A stretch of DNA of 64,000 bases from a virus. The notes below the pieces were generated by a model, which searched no databases, was not told the DNA's origin, and was given only the letters and a program-made list of their open reading frames with translations. Below, piece by piece: positions 58,755 through 64,000 of the stretch. The position numbers and the translations under genes are program-made. Numbering within the stretch: position 1 is the first letter of the stretch; every line of letters starts with the position of its first letter. The stretch lies in the IMG/VR virus record IMGVR_UViG_3300008266_000015; one strand, written 5' to 3'.

Positions 58755-59267
58755 ATGAAATTTACAAATTCTTGGAAATCATTCAATAAACAACACGATA
58801 AAATTAGAATCGTAGTTCGTATAGCATCTTTAACATTACTCGAAATTAATGTCGATATTTCTTCGAAACTATATAAATTTATCAAAGAGGAAATCCAAAA
58901 CGTTCTAAGCGAAATTGATCCTGTCCAACAAGGATTTGACGCTGCTATGAAAAGAGCAGGTGTTGAACCAAGTGCTAGTGGGAGAAATACCCAACAATCA
59001 GAAGAATGGTTTCAAGGAAGAAGAGCATACGAGGCTGATCTAAAATCGGGTAAACAAACAAAAAACCCATATACTGAACCCGAAAATTTTACTGGTAGAT
59101 CACAAAGAACCGATACATTTGCTGAGCGCAGTAAAAAAGCAAAAGAATGGACATTAGGATACGCAACAGCTATGAAACGCAATCCACCTCCATCTACCCA
59201 ATCCAAACAACCAGATCTTTCTTCATACTATGCAGAGAAAGGATCCGGTGGATACACAGGAGATTAA
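58755..59267 (+). CDS. Apparent fusion protein: short N-terminal ORF + truncated IKEEI leader + RMF-like domain
   Basis: Internal FIKEEIQNVLSE; WFQGRRAY..NPY..WTLGY..AM. Confidence 0.55.
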   Translation: MKFTNSWKSFNKQHDKIRIVVRIASLTLLEINVDISSKLYKFIKEEIQNVLSEIDPVQQGFDAAMKRAGVEPSASGRNTQQSEEWFQGRRAYEADLKSGKQTKNPYTEPENFTGRSQRTDTFAERSKKAKEWTLGYATAMKRNPPPSTQSKQPDLSSYYAEKGSGGYTGD

Positions 59268-59277
59268 AATTTAAATT

Positions 59278-59305
59278 GAGGGCTTGGGTTACCAAGCTCT
59301 CTTTT
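59278..59305 (+). terminator. Terminator hairpin overlapping a promoter
   Basis: GAGGGCTTGG-gtta-CCAAGCTCTC then TTTT; TTGG at 59284. Confidence 0.7.
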
Positions 59306-59330
59306 GTATATTAAATAAAAATTAAAGGTT

Positions 59331-59624
59331 ATGAGTAAAAGAGGTAGACCAATAGAAACCAAACCAGAGGAACAATCCACTAAATTTACTAGAGAATATA
59401 TCTCCCCAGAAAAAGTAAAACAAGTTTGGACCTATGATCTAAATAAATTTAAAAGAGGCCCTATATCGGTAGATATTCACTATCCAACTAATTATGTCTC
59501 GTTAGAGGAGGAGGAAGAAAAACTTCCTATCTCAAAACGCAAATACCTAAATCCAAATACAGGTAAATGGGTAGCATATCAACGTGCTTGTGCATTAGGT
59601 TTAATTGAAAAGAAAAATAAATAA
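59331..59624 (+). CDS. Hypothetical protein with N-terminal AT-hook
   Basis: MSKRGRP. Confidence 0.6.
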   Translation: MSKRGRPIETKPEEQSTKFTREYISPEKVKQVWTYDLNKFKRGPISVDIHYPTNYVSLEEEEEKLPISKRKYLNPNTGKWVAYQRACALGLIEKKNK

Positions 59625-59627
59625 GTT

Positions 59628-59900
59628 ATGAAAAAAACAGGACAAATGACCACACTGTGGTTAAAAGCAAAAGAACTAATTAAAGAAAACAATCCAGAAA
59701 AAGTAGAACAACTATCTGAACTATTGGAATGGGGTATCTTATGTTTGGCTAAAGCACATTTAGAGGACGGAATTACAGACGACAAAACACTAATGGAAGG
59801 TGTTAAAAAGGAAACCTGGCACGAACGCTTCTGGATTGCAATGGAAAACTATGTTTGGCCTACCTATCCCGACTATGAGGAAAATTGGAAATGTAATTAG
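59628..59900 (+). CDS. Hypothetical protein
   Basis: 90-aa ORF, AAGTTATG start. Confidence 0.6.
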   Translation: MKKTGQMTTLWLKAKELIKENNPEKVEQLSELLEWGILCLAKAHLEDGITDDKTLMEGVKKETWHERFWIAMENYVWPTYPDYEENWKCN

Positions 59901-59902
59901 TT

Positions 59903-60115
59903 ATGAGTAAAAAACATAAAATGCTAGATTGGGAGGTTGAAGAACCTCAATACATTGTGTTCAATCAACACGCCCATGTTTTTATTGGTTTAATTAATGG
60001 TTGGCCTAATTTCTCAAACAATATTGAGGATGCTAAACCACTTAAAGGCCAGGAAAAATTCCAAACATTAAAGAGATATTCAAAGATGGATTTAGAACAA
60101 GAATTCATAGATTAG
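59903..60115 (+). CDS. Hypothetical protein
   Basis: 70-aa ORF. Confidence 0.55.
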   Translation: MSKKHKMLDWEVEEPQYIVFNQHAHVFIGLINGWPNFSNNIEDAKPLKGQEKFQTLKRYSKMDLEQEFID

Positions 60116-60149
60116 GAATACATTATAAATTTTTGTATATTTAAGAATT

Positions 60150-60449
60150 ATGAGTGAGAAAGAAGGACAAACAGAAAAATTAATCTATGATTTTAATACA
60201 GCAAACTGTTGTGAGGTACAATTACCTAATGAGGAATGGTATCGAGTTACACCTCGTGAGTTTAGATCATCCTCCCGACCACGCCGTATTTTAAAAAAAC
60301 AAGAATATGAGGAATACATTGGTCCAATTTATTATTATGGCACAAACCAAAAAGTAAAAGACAACCAAATATACAAAATAGGATTACTGTTTATTAACGA
60401 AATAGACACAAGAAACTCATCAACAAACAAAAAATATGGTAGAATATGA
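60150..60449 (+). CDS. Hypothetical protein
   Basis: 99-aa ORF behind the promoter at 60113. Confidence 0.6.
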   Translation: MSEKEGQTEKLIYDFNTANCCEVQLPNEEWYRVTPREFRSSSRPRRILKKQEYEEYIGPIYYYGTNQKVKDNQIYKIGLLFINEIDTRNSSTNKKYGRI

Positions 60450-60873
60450 AACGTTTATTAAGGATGAATTAAAAAAACATAAAATCAGAGTACATAAATG
60501 GGGAAAATATGATGAAAACGAAACATACTGGGCTTATTTTAATTCAAGAAGAGTATACATACCTGTCCCTGAATGTAGTTATTCATTGCTATTATCATTA
60601 CATGAAATAGGACATCTAGTAATGGGAAACCACATATATGGACATATAGCTGAATACAAAGCGGAAATGTGGGCAATTAAAACCGCATTTGAAAAATTCA
60701 ATATAAAAAATGAGGAATATGAATCTACAGGAAGAAACTATATTTATGAAAATATATTAGAGGATATATTAGTTAGGAAAATGGAGATTGATGAAATTCC
60801 TAAACCAATAATGAAATGGGTAAGAACAACACCAACTAAAATTAGAAAAAGTATAATTAAATATAAACTATGA
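60436..60873 (+). CDS. HEXXH zinc metallopeptidase-like protein (ImmA/IrrE-like)
   Basis: LHEIGHL followed by EYKAEMWA. Confidence 0.7.
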   Translation: MVEYETFIKDELKKHKIRVHKWGKYDENETYWAYFNSRRVYIPVPECSYSLLLSLHEIGHLVMGNHIYGHIAEYKAEMWAIKTAFEKFNIKNEEYESTGRNYIYENILEDILVRKMEIDEIPKPIMKWVRTTPTKIRKSIIKYKL

Positions 60874-61451
60874 AACAATATCAACCATTACAAATCCCAA
60901 ATGATAGCGCCTGGGATAGAAAAACATGGCGTTCATATACACCTATTTGGTTTAATAGATTTATAGAAGGTATTCGAAATATTATTATTTGGATTCCTAC
61001 AATTTATAAAAACAAAGACTGGGACCATCGTTATATCTATGATATACTTGAATTTAAGTTATTACAACAACGTAATTACTTAGTTAAAGCAAATAGACAT
61101 ACAGGTATTCCTGAAACAAACTACTATATTACAATTTGTTTAAATTTAATTCAGCGAATTAAAGATGATTACTACGGATGTGAATATTTTGATTATCATG
61201 AAGTTAATCATGAATTTATTCCAGTTAAAGATGAAAATTTTTCTACATTAGAAACAACAACAGTTTGGGAAAATTATGATGTGTATTTATCTATGTATCC
61301 TTTACAAGTTAAAAAATTATTAAAAAAAGATCCTGAATTGGAAGAGGATAAACATAGATTATGTTTACTTGTAGGTAGAGAAAATGAACAGCGTGCTCAA
61401 TCATTGTTATTTAAAATACTAAATAATAAAATAAACCACTGGTGGGATTAA
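60870..61451 (+). CDS. Phage hypothetical protein
   Basis: W.P.I.K.KDWD, C-terminal HWWD. Confidence 0.6.
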   Translation: MKQYQPLQIPNDSAWDRKTWRSYTPIWFNRFIEGIRNIIIWIPTIYKNKDWDHRYIYDILEFKLLQQRNYLVKANRHTGIPETNYYITICLNLIQRIKDDYYGCEYFDYHEVNHEFIPVKDENFSTLETTTVWENYDVYLSMYPLQVKKLLKKDPELEEDKHRLCLLVGRENEQRAQSLLFKILNNKINHWWD

Positions 61452-61475
61452 TAAATAAATTAAAAAATAAAAATT

Positions 61476-61733
61476 ATGCCTTACATTAACGTAGATATTG
61501 ATGATACTGTCCAAGTAAATCTAGATATTAATGATTTTCTTGATAATTGTGATGATGAAGATATTAAAAATATAATCGAGTATTTAAGAGAAGATGGACA
61601 TCTAATATATAAAGATTTAACTGAAAATATAACTGAAATAGATAAATTTTTATTTAAAATAGCAGATGCTCAAATTCAATTAACCACAGAAGAAGAAATA
61701 ATAATTAAAAACATAGCAACTAGACTTGTATAA
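61476..61733 (+). CDS. Acidic hypothetical protein
   Basis: 85-aa ORF. Confidence 0.55.
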   Translation: MPYINVDIDDTVQVNLDINDFLDNCDDEDIKNIIEYLREDGHLIYKDLTENITEIDKFLFKIADAQIQLTTEEEIIIKNIATRLV

Positions 61734-63087
61734 AATTATATTATTAGCTTTATTTACTACCAAACTATATTGCCAAATACCAGGCCCAACAACAAATTGG
61801 TATTTTGGAGTTAATGCTGGCATTACTTTCAATAGTGGTATCCCTATTGCTTTAACAAATGGTGCTTTAATTACAACAGAAGGGGTAGCCACTATATCAG
61901 ATAATTCAGGAAATTTACTTTTTTATACAGATGGAGTTACAGTTTACAACAGAATCCATAATGTAATGACTAATGGAACAGGATTGTTTGGACATGCTTC
62001 TTCTACACAATCCGCCATTATTGTTCAAAAACCAGGTTCAACAAACATATATTATATTTTTACTTCCACTATTGATGCTGGTTCAAATGGAATATGTTAT
62101 TCAATAGTAGACATGAATTTAAGTGCAGGATTTGGAGCAGTTACTATTAAAAACACTTTTTTATATGCTCCCTCTTGTGAAAAACTATGTGCAATTAGAC
62201 ATTGCAACAATGTAGATATTTGGGTAGTATCTCATGACTGGAATTCAAATGTATTTAGAGTATGGTCTGTAAATAGTTTAGGAGTAGGAACCACACAAAT
62301 ATGGTCATCAGCAGGCATTGTCCCAACAGGTATTGTTCAAAGTGCTTATGGTCAATTAAAAGCAAGTTCAGATGGAAAAAAACTAGCCGCATGTTATTAT
62401 GGTTTTACTGGAGGTGGAATTAATAGATTACAAATATATGATTTTAATAATTCCACAGGCGTTGTTTCTAATGCTATTACTTTAGCAACAGATGTTGGTT
62501 TATATGGATGTGAATTTTCTCCTGATAATAAATTATTATATGCCTCTACAAACCAAGGATTGCTACTACAGTTTAATCTATGTTCAACACCCGTCTCTAG
62601 ATACGTTGTTTCAAACAATGGACCATTTATTGGATCGCTTCAAATAGGACCTGATAGAAAAATATATGTTGCTAGAAATCAAACAAGCTTATCAGTAATA
62701 AACAACCCAAATATTGTTGGTGTGGGTTGTGGTTTTTCCGATTTATCCGTTTCATTAGCAGGAAGAGCAGGAAGAATGGGTTTACCTAACTTTGCATCCT
62801 ACTATTCTACTCCACAATTTGTACTTTCAAATCCAACAATAAATTGTACTACTGCTTTATTTAGTGTTCCTCCTAATATAACTAATTGCTCTAATTCAAC
62901 AACTTATACTTACTTATGGAATTTTGGAGATGGAAATATCTCTTCTAATCCAAATCCATCTCACACATATTTATCACCAGGAACTTATATTGTTACTTTA
63001 CAAATAATAGAAACCTGTTTTACAATAACAATAAACAAAACAATAACAATTACAAACGGAATAACAACCTCAGTCTTTACTAACTAA
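61726..63087 (+). CDS. Secreted beta-propeller + PKD-domain protein of Bacteroidota type
   Basis: TTG start, signal peptide KLYC|Q; NWYFG.NAG..F, EG.ATISD..GNLLFYTDG, SSTQSAIIV.KPG, YGCEFSPD, LQIGPD.KIY, GLPNF; PKD YLWNFGDG....NPSHTY..PGTY.VTL. Confidence 0.8.
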   Translation: MYKIILLALFTTKLYCQIPGPTTNWYFGVNAGITFNSGIPIALTNGALITTEGVATISDNSGNLLFYTDGVTVYNRIHNVMTNGTGLFGHASSTQSAIIVQKPGSTNIYYIFTSTIDAGSNGICYSIVDMNLSAGFGAVTIKNTFLYAPSCEKLCAIRHCNNVDIWVVSHDWNSNVFRVWSVNSLGVGTTQIWSSAGIVPTGIVQSAYGQLKASSDGKKLAACYYGFTGGGINRLQIYDFNNSTGVVSNAITLATDVGLYGCEFSPDNKLLYASTNQGLLLQFNLCSTPVSRYVVSNNGPFIGSLQIGPDRKIYVARNQTSLSVINNPNIVGVGCGFSDLSVSLAGRAGRMGLPNFASYYSTPQFVLSNPTINCTTALFSVPPNITNCSNSTTYTYLWNFGDGNISSNPNPSHTYLSPGTYIVTLQIIETCFTITINKTITITNGITTSVFTN

Positions 63088-63092
63088 ATTTT

Positions 63093-63659
63093 ATGAAAAA
63101 ATACATCTTTACATTGATTTTAATATTAATTACTTTAATATTATCGGCTCAAGTCCCAACACCAAACCCTGCTAATAATACTTCTAACTGTATAAATGAT
63201 GTTCAAGTATATGGAGATCAAGTAATAGATCCATTAGCTACATATTCATTTACAATTGCTCCTGCTATTCCATTTACCTCTATTTCTAATGGAGATCAAA
63301 TCCAAGTAACATGGACTACACCTGGGGTATACATTATTACAATTACAGAAACAGTGGGAATATGTTCATCAACCTCACAAGCAACTATAAATGTATTGCC
63401 TCCAACTATACCATTGGTTATTACAGATGCAATATGTGTTGGTAATGGAACAATTACTTTAACTTCTACCCCATTAGGTACATCCCCTATATTTAGTGGA
63501 ACAGGAGTAACAGGAAATACATTTGATGCAACTGGTTTAGCCCCAGGAGTATATCCAATTACTTTCACTTCCACTGATGCAAATGGATGCCCAATGACGG
63601 GAAATGGTTCAATTACTATTACTCCTCCACCACCCCCACCAACTATTTTTACTAACTAA
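63093..63659 (+). CDS. Secreted Ig/PKD-like repeat protein
   Basis: Signal peptide LSA|Q; VTWTTPGVY, FSGTGVTGNTFD....PGVYPITF..TDANGC; ends PPTIFTN. Confidence 0.75.
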   Translation: MKKYIFTLILILITLILSAQVPTPNPANNTSNCINDVQVYGDQVIDPLATYSFTIAPAIPFTSISNGDQIQVTWTTPGVYIITITETVGICSSTSQATINVLPPTIPLVITDAICVGNGTITLTSTPLGTSPIFSGTGVTGNTFDATGLAPGVYPITFTSTDANGCPMTGNGSITITPPPPPPTIFTN

Positions 63660-63661
63660 AA

Positions 63662-64000
63662 ATGTTAAATAAAACAATAATCATATTTTTATATATTTTT
63701 GTTTTAAATGTTTTATTAATTAAAGCACAGCCTCAAATAATTAGCTTGTGTGATACCTCTCCTATCTATAAAAAATATTGGATAGAATCAATACCGGGAT
63801 ACGATAATGTTTGGTCTATATATCCTGAGGTAGAATATCAACTTCAACTCGACAATACAATAGTGGTTCAATGGATAAATTCAGGAACATATACTATAGT
63901 TGCTCAATATGTTAGTGAGAATTGTAATAGCAAAAGTGAACTCCAGATACAAATAGAAGAATGTCCTGATGTTTTTATTTATATTCCAAATAGTTTTACC
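63662..64000 (+). CDS. Secreted protein with start of T9SS type-B (CHU_C / gliding-motility-associated) C-terminal domain (partial)
   Basis: Open to window end: MLNKTIIIFLYIFVLNVLLIKA|QPQ...VQWINSGTYTI...IEECPDVFIYIPNSFT. Confidence 0.7.
   Translation, partial: MLNKTIIIFLYIFVLNVLLIKAQPQIISLCDTSPIYKKYWIESIPGYDNVWSIYPEVEYQLQLDNTIVVQWINSGTYTIVAQYVSENCNSKSELQIQIEECPDVFIYIPNSFT

Overview
This is a 64-kb, strongly AT-rich (roughly 30% GC by eye) segment of a large T4-like (myovirus-type) bacteriophage genome. It uses the standard genetic code and essentially all real genes lie on the + strand. Gene order is: tail/baseplate module and M15 endolysin (0.2-9.2 kb); replication/recombination genes (divergent PolA-like, SSB, UvsX, 5'-3' exonuclease, DnaB-like helicase, NrdB/NrdA; 9.3-19.3 kb); a 7-deazaguanine DNA-modification cluster (TGT/DpdA-like, queC, queD, queE, folE) invaded by two GIY-YIG homing endonucleases (20.8-27 kb); thyA, PolB, sliding clamp, GroES/GroEL, clamp loader and a Cas4-like nuclease (28-41.5 kb); a ~12-kb sugar-nucleotide/glycosyltransferase cluster (41.7-54 kb); and accessory genes ending in a cassette of secreted proteins that look like Bacteroidota type IX secretion (T9SS) cargo (61.7-64 kb). 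A Bacteroidota host is inferred from the lack of Shine-Dalgarno sites, 14 exact T(A/T)GG-N19-TATATT promoters, signal peptides followed by Gln, and a CHU_C-like domain start. The most notable observations are: (1) a family of unrelated 'cargo' proteins sharing an N-terminal MKKSELKQIIKEEI / MIKLxxLLxE leader, mostly behind an ATATTTAT motif (candidate capsid-targeting and protease-release system); (2) phage-encoded T9SS-type cargo; (3) a homing endonuclease that split queE and supplies a synonymously recoded replacement 5' end; (4) a Ser-less ACP-like miniprotein coupled to nrdA; (5) a three-hairpin RNA element; (6) several apparent in-frame deletion/fusion junctions that may be biology or assembly artefacts. 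All functional calls come from motif recognition by eye; no searches were run.
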